From NCBI RefSeq assembly GCF_009834535.1, contig NC_045732.1, positions 43,338,001 through 43,402,000 of the forward strand: a stretch of 64,000 bases of DNA. The letters are read 5' to 3'. The translations under genes were made by a program, and so were the position numbers. The stretch's first letter is position 1; every line of letters begins with the position of its first letter. The stretch is from Camelus ferus (taxonomy: Eukaryota). Shown here in pieces: positions 53,993 through 64,000 of this stretch. The notes under the pieces were generated by a model. That model worked only from the letters and a program-made list of their open reading frames with translations. It did no database searches and had not been told where the DNA came from.

Positions 53993-55016
53993 AGGACTTC
54001 ATTTCTCACCTCTCACTGGCTGGCGTCCCCTCCCACCAACGTGCCTTCAAAGCCTCCTCAAGTCCAGGCCCCTACCGCCCCTCCTTCTCCAGGGGGCCTG
54101 CCCCTCCCTACTTTTTGAGTCCCCAAACCTTATCCTGCTCAGGGCCTCCAAGCCTCCCATGGACCCCAAAGGCTCCAAGGGCGCCACCCTCCCCAGCCCA
54201 CCACACTCTTCCAGTTCCCCAGTAGGGACCAGCTGAGGCAAGCATTCACTGCAAAGTTACTGAGTGCCTAGGCTGTGCAAACCTCTGTTGGAGGCGGCAG
54301 AACACCGTGGTAAACTTGGGTTCGGGTTCTGGATCCCCTTGGTAGTTGTCAGAGCTCAGGTGGGGCCCTTAACTTGTCTGGGCCTCGACTTCCCCTTCTC
54401 ACCAGAGGAGTAACAACATCCCCTGGGTGGAAAGAGGTTTCCCACGGTCCTGGGAAACAGAGGCAGGCGCTGAGACAGAGCGAGGCCAAGCGCTCGCGCT
54501 GGCTCCCACAGCCTGCCTCCTTGCCGGCCGCAGGTAGGTCACGGCGCTGGTCGGGGCGCCGGGCACGGGACCGGCCGGCCTCAGCCGCGTCCGGCCGGGC
54601 GGGCCGACCAGGTGAGCGCGGCCCGGGCGCTCCAAACGCGTCGCTGCGGCCGTGCGTCCACCCCAGCCGACTCCTGGTCATGGATGGCGCTTGCGGGGGG
54701 CGCCGCGGACCCTAGGCGGAGCAGAGGAGGTACGGGCGGGGGGGAGGGAGCGGGCGCGTCCCTGCCAGCCCTCGCCCCGCCTGTCTGCTCCTCACCTTTT
54801 CCTTCCGACAGGTGGTAAACAAAGCAGCCCTGGCGCCCAAGCGGCGGCGGCGGCCGGCGGCGGCGGCGGCGGGCGGGCGGCGGCCGTAGAGGGCAGGGGC
54901 CCAGCGACCGGGGCTGGGCTCGAGGCCCCCTACCTGCACCCGCACCCACACCCGCGCCTGAGCGGGCAGCGCACCAGACCCGGGGGCTCTCGGGAATCTC
55001 GGGGAGATGTTTCAGA
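53993..55016 (+). repeat. Inverted repeat, right arm (ends at N-gap)
   Basis: Reverse complement of 51709-52733; homology continues up to the first N at 55017. Confidence 0.93.
54680..54729 (+). CDS. MAGIX: MAGIX exon 1 in syntenic orientation (rest of gene not visible; 100-N gap follows intron 1)
   Basis: ATG at 54680/54684, (M)ALAGGAADPRRSRG|GTACGG donor; same strand as PLP2, as in human. Confidence 0.55.
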
Positions 55017-55116
55017 NNNNNNNNNNNNNNNNNNNNNNNNNNNNNNNNNNNNNNNNNNNNNNNNNNNNNNNNNNNNNNNNNNNNNNNNNNNNNNNNNNNN
55101 NNNNNNNNNNNNNNNN
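55017..55116. other. Assembly gap of exactly 100 N (likely unknown size)
   Basis: 4+60+36 N counted; the three exon-associated gaps have irregular lengths (132, 156 and 140 N). Confidence 0.9.
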
Positions 55117-55299
55117 CTCGCCGAGAGTGTTAAATAATGTACCTTACACGCACTGTTTTCTAAAATCCAAAATATTCGGAATTCTGGAAACGTACTGGAG
55201 TTTAACCCTGGCCTTGGCCGTATTTACAACTAAGGAAACTGAGGCATTCCCCCTCCAAAGCGAAATCCCCACGGTTCTGAGTTGAGGCAGCCCCAGGCG

Positions 55300-55647
55300 C
55301 GTTTGTATTCTAAAAGCGTGAAAGATCTCTCCATTGCAACACATGGCACGCAGAACTGCCAAGCCTCAGAGGCTGGCGGTCCCGGAGATAGAGCGCCCTG
55401 GGGGGCTGTGCGCCGGGCGGGGAGTATCCTAGGCGGGCGGGGCGAGGGGGCTTCCGGGGCGGCAGCCACCTGGCCCGGCCTGCTTCGGCCCCGCCCGCTT
55501 CTACTCCGCGCGGTGATTCACTCCCTCCTTCGCCCCGGGGCCCCCTTCCCGGCCAGACGGCGGGCAAGACTGCTGGGTGTGCAGCGTCCTCGAACGCACG
55601 AGCAAGCGAGCAGATCCTCTGCGCCCCTACGGGCTCCGGTCCACGCC
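55300..55647 (+). promoter_or_regulatory. PLP2: PLP2 CpG-island promoter / 5' UTR
   Basis: CpG-rich with GGGCGG boxes immediately upstream of the Kozak GCCATGG. Confidence 0.65.
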
Positions 55648-58022
55648 ATGGCGGATTCCGAGCGCCTCTCGGCCCCCGGCTGCTGGGCCGCCTGCACCAA
55701 CTTCTCGCGCACCCGAAAGGGGATTCTCCTGTTTTCTGAGATTGTGAGCGTCCCGGGACAGGCGGGTGGGCAGAGGTGGGTGGGGTGGCTGGACCACGCG
55801 GATCCGGACAGCCCCAGGGGAGGCAGGCGCGTGGTGAGGGGCTCTGCGCCGTGGGGCGCGGGGTGGGTAGATTGGTGGCGGAGGCCCGAAACCAGGGGCG
55901 CAGGGCGGGTCAGTGAAGTTTGAAGGTGGTTGGGAGCTGCTGACCCACGGGGTGAGACAAGAGGCCCATAGGGCATTTGCGGGGCCCCGTGGAGGGATAC
56001 CCGGTGGACTCATCCAAGGGGTCCCCACGGGCTGGGAGGTGGAGGAGGGTCTCCCGTGACAGGGCGTGGTGCGGCCTGGGCACTGGCGGGCGGGCTGGCA
56101 GAGCGCCCAGGGGCGGGACCTCTTGGGGTGGGGCCCCGCGCGCTAGTCCCGTAGGGCAGGGCGATCCGCCCTTCCCAAGTTCTTCCTCGCCCTTCTGTGG
56201 TGGGGCGGGAGGTGTTTAGATATTTGGGCCGCTTGGAAACCTCGGCTTATCGCCCCTCTCAAAGTGGGCGCCGTTTTTGAGTCACTTGTAAAAGGGGTGC
56301 GGCGCCTTTAACTGAGCCCTGCCCCTTCGGTGTGACACTCACCGCTTCTCAAAGGGGTTGCCGGGGGAACCGCACGTCCCGCCCCGTCAAAAGCCCTGAA
56401 GCTGGTGCTGGCAGTGCTTACAAAAAACACCTGAAGGCACCACTCTCCGAAGGCTGCCACTATTCCAGAAGGGAAAAGGGGAGAAACTGATGCGCACAAC
56501 CCTATCCCTTACTAGTTGGGTGACCCTGGACAAATCACTTAATGTCTGTCTCTGTGCCTCCCTTTTCTCATCTATAAGATAAAGACGCTACTAATAGTAC
56601 ACAGCTCATTAGGTTGTTGTGATGACTGAACGAATTAATACTTGTACAACTCTTAGAACAATATGTGGAATACAGTGTGCACACAATAACTGTTTAGCTA
56701 TTATTATTTGCCATCTTCCCAGTCCTGGTAGGCATCTGAGTCTGAAACTCCCAATTTAAACCAATCTTCTCCGCCCTGGGAGTTGATGGAGGTCCCCTTT
56801 CACGTGTCATTCTTCCAGATACTGTGCCTGGTGATTCTGATCTGCTTCGGTGCCTCAGCATCAGAATACTCTTTCCTGTCTGTGATTGAGATGATCTTTG
56901 CTGCCATCTTCTTTGTCGTCTACATGTGTGACCTGCACACCAAGATACTGATCATCAACTGGCCTTGGAGTGTGAGAAAGGGGCCACAATGGCCAGGCTA
57001 GGGAGGGGTCTGGGAAGGTGGTATTGTAGAGGGAATTCTGGATACTGACTTCTCTTTTCTCCCTGCACATCACAGGATTTCTTCAGAACCCTCATAGCAG
57101 TCATCCTCTACCTGATCACCTCCATTGTTGTGCTTGTTGAGAGAGGAAACAACTCCAAAATTGCCGCAGGGGTAAAGGCTGTAGAATCTGCTTCAAAGCA
57201 TAGAGAGAGGGGTTTGAGGATCCTGGGGCCATTTCTGCCTCTGCTTCTGCCAGGAAGTGTGTGACCTACAGTAGGTCACCTTTGTCCTCAGGGTCTGCAG
57301 GAAACTCTGACCCAGGCCCTGTTTTTTCTCCCCAAGTCGTATTTGGTGTAAAGGGGCATCCCTTGTCCAACATGGGGACCTTTGTGTGAAGCACAAAGAG
57401 GTGGCCCCTTTGTCATCACGCTAGACTACCATCTGCTAAAGCTTTGTCTCACTGTACAGTATGAATGGTTCCACCTATACGTGGGGCCACTGTGTGGCTG
57501 CACTGTGTTGAGAGGTACTAGGAAGAGGGAGGGTGGGGTACAGTTCAGTCTTCTGGCCTTTCCCTCGGGCTCTCTGGCTTCCCAACCTGGGGCTTTAGTC
57601 ACCACCCCTGTGTGGGGGCAGTCACTGGAGGTGGTGGATACCAGGAGGTAAGAGGTTGAGTAGGCTTATCAGCTTAATCCAACCCCTCTCATTCCCATCC
57701 CCATTCCAGGTACTGGGCCTAGTCGCCGCAGGCCTCTTTGGCTATGATGCCTACATTACCTTCCCCTTGCGGCAGCAAAGACATACAGCAGCCCCTACTG
57801 GTAAGTGTCTGTGTGTGGGAGGGGGTGTTGCTAAGAGGGCTGAGAAGGAAATGAGTCTTTCAAGGGCGTGAATGCCAACTCTGTCCCTTATTGGCACGTA
57901 AGACTTTATTGCCAAGAAGTATCTTAAGCTTCAGTAGTCTTATCTGTAAAATGGACATATGGATCCAGCCAATGCTTTCTCTCTTTTCCTCACTTGCAGA
58001 CCCTGCAGATGGTCCGGTGTAG
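55648..58022 (+). CDS. PLP2: Proteolipid protein 2 (MARVEL domain), 152 aa
   Basis: Exons 55648-55743 (MADSERLSAPGCWAACTNFSRTRKG), 56819-56971, 57076-57171, 57710-57800 and 58000-58022 (...PADGPV TAG); 459 nt. Confidence 0.97.
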
Positions 58023-58382
58023 GTGAACTCCGTTTCTCTCAGCAACCTGCAAAGAACACCTCCATCGAAATAATTCCTCCCCTCCCCTACAATACTCCCA
58101 GCCAACTCCCAGCCCTCTATTGAGGTAAAAGTGCCTTTATCGGGAGATTTTGTCTTCTAGCCTGCCATTCAACCCTCCTGGGTGTGGCCACGTTTACGGG
58201 TGTGCCTAGGTCCCCCTTTCTTCTGCAGCATCCAAACCGAGACTCCAGTTCTGCCTGGACTATGCCCCCACCCCAGCTACAAAAGGAAGGTGCCTTGGAT
58301 TTCAGACTCCAGGCCCCAGGTTGTGATCCACTCCAAATAACCTCAGCGTGTGTGTGGGTGGGGGTGGTTCTGTGGAGGAGTA

Positions 58383-58388
58383 AATAAA
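58383..58388 (+). terminator. Polyadenylation signal, PLP2
   Basis: AATAAA ~360 bp past the stop. Confidence 0.65.
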
Positions 58389-58673
58389 TAGTAAGTAGAT
58401 TGTTAGAACATATGATGACAAATAAATTAATGCTTTGATCAAATGTAGATAAATCTCAAGCATCAGGGTTGGGGGAAATTGGGGAGGGAGGGGACAGCTG
58501 GAACAAGGAGGTAAAGAAGCCAGGCCTGTTTTACAACACATATTAAATTACTTCAATAATACAAACAGACGAAGGAAGGAGGAAGGAAGGGGATCTATGA
58601 CTTAAGTTGAGGGTTGGGTCATCGCCGACACTGATTTGAGAATGGATCCTCCCCCCCCATCACTGCCTCTCCT

Positions 58674-61600
58674 TCAAGCCAAGATGCAATTCTTGTCTTT
58701 GGCCTGGCGAGGCATCCCTGGGCGGGAGTTCCGGGCGAGCTGTGGAGATGGGGAGTTGGCGGGCTCAGTTGCAGTGTTTTGCACCGCTGGCATGAGCCTG
58801 CACAGGTGCGGGGGCACCGGGATGCGTTCCCCTAGGAAGAAGCCGTCGTCCTCTGAGGACTCAGAACTGGAGCTGGACGGCGAGCTAGAGCAAGATCCTG
58901 AGTCAGACCCTGATCCCAAGTCACACTGATGGTGGCGACGTCTGCCAGAGTGGCGGCGGTGATGGTGGTGGTGATGGTGGTGGTGGTGGCGGTGGCGACG
59001 ACGACGGGTGGGGCCCCTGGGCGGGGGACTGCGCGGCCTGCGGCGCTGGGCTGGGGGGGCACTCAGGGTCCGCCGCGGGCCTCCCTCAGACACCAGAGGG
59101 TCACGGAAGCTGACGCGCGGGGTGCTCTGGCGACCAAAGGCATCATCTTCTGGGCGCGGGTCCGGCTGGCCGGGAGGCCCCGGGGTTGGCTCCGGGACAC
59201 TGCGGAGCCCCAGCTCTGGCATGGAGTGGCGGTGGGGGGCCCCTCTCAGAAAGCAGGTAGGCTCCTTGGGGCCTGAAGCTGGAAAGAAGGAGATGGAGCA
59301 ACTCCCTGTTATCTCCCTCCCCTCCACCTCCGCCCAGAGGAGGCCTTGGAATGGCCTTCTCTCTTCTTTCCCCCATAAGGACTGGGAAAGTGGGGGCAGG
59401 CGTCGGAGAGGGGCAGCGAGGTGGGGGTCTGGGAAATATAAGGCCTGGGGCATGCTCTGGGTGGAGAACGAGGTTGAAGGCCCGAGAAGCAGGACTGGAT
59501 CGGTGTATGGGGTGTGGCTGGGGTGGGCGTGGCTTCTGGTGAGAAGGGCGTGGCAAAGGTGGGCGGACAATGTTGGGATAAAGTGGGGGGCGGGCCTTGG
59601 GCGGAGGGAGAGGAGTCAAGGGTTTGGAGGAAAGGAGGCGGAACTTGGGCTCAAATAGGGACTAGCTGAGGTAGGGGAAGAGCGCTGTACAGTGGGGCGG
59701 AACCAGAGTTCACGTGGGGATGTAGTTTGGGATGGAGACTTGGCCCGGAATGGTTTGGGGACGGAACAAGGGCTGAGACGGGGACGGGGCCAGGGATGCT
59801 ACAGTTTGATGGCCTGGGCCTGAGTCAAGGGGAGGGGCCAGGGTTGAGGCGGGGGCGGGGACACGGAGTGGCTGGGCGTGGGTCGAGTGTTAGCTCACCA
59901 GGCGCTGGCTCGGTGCTGGTGCCTTTGGTGGAGGTGTCGGACGCTCCCTCCGCAGCAGAGAAAGAGGCTGTGGAGGCTGCAAGAGGTGTAGAGACCGTGC
60001 CCGCGCTCCAGCTGCGGCGGCCAGGCCCCGGAGCCTTGGGCTCAGACCCCAGGCTGCAGGCTCGAGAGCAGAAGATTAGGCCACGGCGTGGCAAGAAGGG
60101 GCGACCCAGGAGGGCTCGCCCACAGCGACTACAGCAGAAGCAGCGGTCTGAGGCGTGCCAGTGCTGCCCCTCATAAGCCATCTGGCCCTGGTCTAGGCCT
60201 GTAGGGATGAACACGATGGGGAAAACTGAGGCGGAGTCCTCAGGTATATCCCTACTCCTCCTGAATGGGGGCCCTTCTTGAAAAGAGACAGGGAATCTGA
60301 GGCAGGGTACCCAGAGATGCCCTCTCCCCCCACCTCTCAAGAATGGGGCCCTCATCCCAGGGATCCTCATCCTCCTTTCCTGGAAACGGGCTGATAAATG
60401 TCTCCTCCTCTGCTTCCCTTTCTTTACCAGGGTGGCCCCTCCCAGAGTAGGGGTGGGCATTGGAGTCAAAGATGTGAGTCAGCTTAGACATTAAGAAGTG
60501 GCTTCAGGTGGAAGAAGAGTGGAAGGTGGACCTGAAGAAGAGGGCTGGGTGGTGGTGGCAGGGCTTAGAAGGTAGGATGTGGCCTTGGTGGGAAGGGAGT
60601 GGGGCTTAGAAGGTAGGGTCTGGCTTAGAAGGTAGGGTTTACCTATGTTGATGGAGGAGAATCTTGGAGAATAGGGCATGGCTTAGAGTAGAGGCTAAAC
60701 TGAGAGTGTAGGAGGGTCTCCCTGGGAAGCTAGGAATTAGAGGACACTCTGGAGGTGGGCCTAGATGTGCAGTGGTGCCTAGTGTTTTGTAGGTGAGGTT
60801 TAGAAAGTATGGCATAATGGGAGACATTGGTGATGGGATTACAGTTAAGGATATAGGGTTATGGCGCTGGGGCTAGACTTAAAGTACAGGGTATAATGGG
60901 GGATGAGGCCTGGAAGGCAGGAGGAACACTGGGGGTGGGGCTGTGGCCCAGCTGTCTATCTTTCCCCGTCCAGTCCCACATTCACCCACCAATGTGCTCT
61001 CCACAGCCATCACAATACTCCGCGTGGCGGGCCTCGTAGCAGGCGCAGCAGTGGGGGCGGCTCTGACGCATAACATAGCGCTGCCCTCCTAGGGATGCTT
61101 CACACTCAAAGCAGCAGAAGTGACCCATGTGCCAGTGTCGGCCCTCAGCCTCCGTGCACTCAGGGGAGAAGATGATCTGGGGGGCACAGGCCATCTGTGA
61201 CTGTCAGAAGGGGGTGCCCCTGGCCCTGTGCACCCTCCGTTCTCACCCGTGGACAGAGAGGCACAAACCTCGTCACAGGCTTGGCAGCGTGGGCGCAGGC
61301 GCTCGGCATGGTGGCGACCACAGTAGACCTTGCCAGCATGGTAGAAGTAGATGAGGTCCACCAGCAACTCCCGGCACGTGGAGCATACAAAGCACTGTGG
61401 GTGCCAGCAGGCACCCAGGCCCGCACGGCTGGCAAACACGGCAATGTCCCCACCTCCAATCTGCTTCCCGCACTGCCAAATGACAGAGGGATATCGTCCC
61501 CATCACCAGGATGGTCAGACAGATGGGGTCAGCCGAGATGTGTCACACTTGGGCCTTCCTATGGCCTTTGTTACTGGCCCCATCCAGGGGTTAACTTTGA

Positions 61601-62947
61601 GACAGGCCCATGCCTACATGGCTGGGCTTGGGGGTGAGAGAAGGCACCTTAGAGATTGACCCTGCCCTGGGAGAAACCATACAGACAGGCCAGGCCCAGT
61701 GGAGGGACCTTAGTGACGGGTCTCACCTAACGGTAAGATCTAAGTTCAGCCTTCTCCCATGGGTAGGGGAGCGGCTTAGAGACAAATTCCACCCATCACT
61801 GGGCTTTAGAGACAGGCCCTGCCACTGTGGGTTGGTTCTTAAGGATAAGTCTCAATCACAGAGGATCAGAGAGACAGCCCATGCCCCATGTTAATTGCAT
61901 GGAGGAGAGGAAACTAATAGAGAAGATCCATGAGGGCCTCCTTACAGACAGACGGTACTAACAGTGGGATCTGAGGACAGATTTCCATCCATCAGTCCAC
62001 CAGTTTGTAGACTCACTGGAGACAGAACTCACTGGCCTGGCAGGCCTTAGAAATGGTCCCTCTTTAACAGTAGAATGTAAAGAAAAAGGGGGGAGGGTAT
62101 AGCTCAGTGGTAGAATGCATGCTTAGTATGCACGAGGTCCTGGGCTCAATCCCCAGTACCTCCACTAAAAAAAAAACGTAAGGAAAAGACCCCGCCCTCC
62201 AGAGGGGACACTAGACAGATCACTAGGGCTTAAGTGGCAGGCCTCATCTTCCCAGGGCCTGGGAGATGGGCCCTGCACCTCAGGGCTTGGAGCAAAGGCA
62301 CTGCCCACTCACTGAGGCCCTCCCTCCATGTCTCACCTCCTCACAGATGGCTCCAGTGATGGTCACCGGGAAGATGCGGACGGTGCCACGCCCCAGATTC
62401 TCCCGCTTCCGCTGCTGGCTGAAGGCTCTGAGCTCTTTCTTCTCCTCCTCTTCCAGTGCCGTGCAGTACTGTGCCTGGAGTAGTGGGGGTCTTCCAGGCT
62501 CCTCCCCTGATGCCTGCCCCGCCCCGACCTTCTTCCAGATTCCATCCAGGCTCAAAGAATTTATTTCTAGGCCTTTGTATAGGTGGTGCTTCCTGCCTGC
62601 AATACTCACCCCTTACCCCTCTTTTTTTTTTTTTTTTTTTTTTACCCCTTACCTCTTCTCCCAAGGCCCAACTGTGGTTTTGCCAAAGAGTGTCCCCTGA
62701 TTGCCCCTGCCTGTCCAGGCATGTCACTTCAGATCAGCTCACCTTTCCTCCTCTGACCCTACCCATTCCTTTCCAGCGGCTAAGCATTTGTCTAGGCTGT
62801 GCCCCCAATCTGACATGTCTTCTCTCTCCTCACCTCACTGTCGTGTGGGGGCAGCTGGTGTAGCAGCTGCTTGATCCTGTATTTCTCCCCGGGACTGTTG
62901 ACATAGGGGACCTTGTCCTCTGGGAGGCAGCTGAAAAACTGGTATAC
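58674..62947 (-). CDS. PRICKLE3: Prickle planar cell polarity protein 3 (LMO6), 5'-partial
   Basis: Exons 62947-62834 and 62474-62337 (PET domain), 61472-61269, 61176-60990 and 60198-59899 (LIM domains), and 59278-58674 (His-rich, ends KDKNCILA*, a CAAX motif). The first exons lie beyond the window. Confidence 0.96.
62088..62177 (+). mobile_element. tRNA-Ala-derived SINE in a PRICKLE3 intron
   Basis: 72-nt tRNA-like body 62093-62164, A-tail, degenerate TSD (AATGTAAAGAAAA / AACGTAAGGAAAA). Confidence 0.88.
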
Positions 62948-63169
62948 CTGGGAGGACATGGGGGGTGGGAGAAAACAATTGAAACAGGGTGAGTTGGGTT
63001 GCAGTGGGATGATGGGGCCTTACTGTTCTGAGAAAATTAAAGTCAGCAGGAGGGAACTTCTACTGACCCCCTCCATCCTTCCTTCCTACAGGCCAGGTCA
63101 TTTCTGCCACCTCCCCAATATGCTGAGAGGTCCATCTTGTCTTGACCCCACTTTTCCCTTCAGCTGCCA

Positions 63170-64000
63170 CTCCAATTGTTAATTTCCCTTTACAGCAAAC
63201 TTCCTCAAGAGTTGTGTGCATTTGCTGTCTCCACTTCCTCTCCTCCCATTCTCTCTAGACCCCACTCTGGTCAGGCTTCCCGGCTCCCTCGTCCCTGCCC
63301 CTCTTCCAAAGCTGTTCCTTTCAGTCATCAATGTCATCTATATCATTCAACTTGGTGTTCAGGTCTTGATCTTCATCCAATTTGACCCATTAGTAGCACT
63401 GGACACAGCTGATCACTCCATCCTGGAAACCCTCTGTTCCTTTAGCTTCCAGAACACCACACACTCCTGGATTTGTTTCCTCCTACCTTATTGGCTGCTC
63501 TTTCTCTGTCCCATTTTTGGTTCCTCCTCAACTAGCCGACCCCTAAATGTGGGAGGATCCTCAGGCTCAATCCTTGGTCCTCTTGCCTCTTGTCTACCTT
63601 CACTCCCCTTGGGACTCACATCCAACCTCATGGCTATAAATATCATCTTGTGGCTAATGGCTCACAAATGCATACCTCCAGCCCTGGGACCTCTTCCATG
63701 AGTTCCAGACAACATGACCACTCAGATGTCCAACAGGCATCTCCAACTCCAGATGACCAAAACCGGACTTATGCCTTGGCCTGCCCCATATCAATCAACC
63801 CATTCATCCTTGAGGCCATCTTTGACTCTTCTCTCACACCCACAAACAAATCCTCTCAGTTCTACCTTCGAAATATAACCAGAATATGACCACCGCTCAC
63901 TACTTCCACTGCCAGCACCATCGTCAGTCACCTAGACTACTGCAGTAGCCTCCCCCTCACTGATCCCCTGCTTCTGCCCTCACTCCTACAGCTCATTCTA
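63170..64000 (-). mobile_element. L2 fragment in a PRICKLE3 intron
   Basis: GCTGATCACTCCATCCTGGAAAC and TTTGACTCTTCTCTC..TCTCAGTTCTACCTTC motifs. Confidence 0.7.

Noticed and set aside
59008-59658. 216-aa antisense ORF over the PRICKLE3 last exon
   Set aside because: Shadow ORF of GC-rich coding sequence with no independent support.
60540-60640. Three GGCTTAGAAGGTAGG copies in a PRICKLE3 intron
   Set aside because: Short degenerate purine-rich intronic repeat with no further structure.
62093-62164. Apparent tRNA-Ala(AGC) gene (also at 49-121, 18125-18198 and 28916-28992)
   Set aside because: Stem and anticodon mismatches, poly(A) or family tail and TSDs show these are SINE copies, not tRNA genes.

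Overview
Mammalian genomic DNA from the X-linked block syntenic to human Xp11.23. In order it holds CCDC120 (+), PRAF2 (-), WDR45 (-), a ~15 kb repeat-rich interval, GPKOW (-), MAGIX 5' end(s), PLP2 (+) and the 3' part of PRICKLE3 (-). Genes were recognised by translating exons, checking GT/AG boundaries and phases by hand, and comparing with the human proteins from memory; no database search was run. About nine tRNA-Ala(AGC)-derived poly(A) SINEs (vic-1-like) and short artiodactyl-type L1 3' ends suggest a camelid (inference). The main structural oddity is a gap-free ~1.0 kb inverted repeat (51709-52733 vs 53993-55016, 1.26 kb spacer) that duplicates the MAGIX promoter/exon 1 back-to-back. 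The left copy has exons 1-2, is truncated in intron 2 and points at GPKOW. The right copy runs into an exactly 100-N gap, and no MAGIX PDZ exons are visible anywhere. Three sized N-gaps each sit where a conserved exon of CCDC120, WDR45 or GPKOW is expected. No real tRNA, rRNA or CRISPR features were found, and most six-frame ORFs are spurious.
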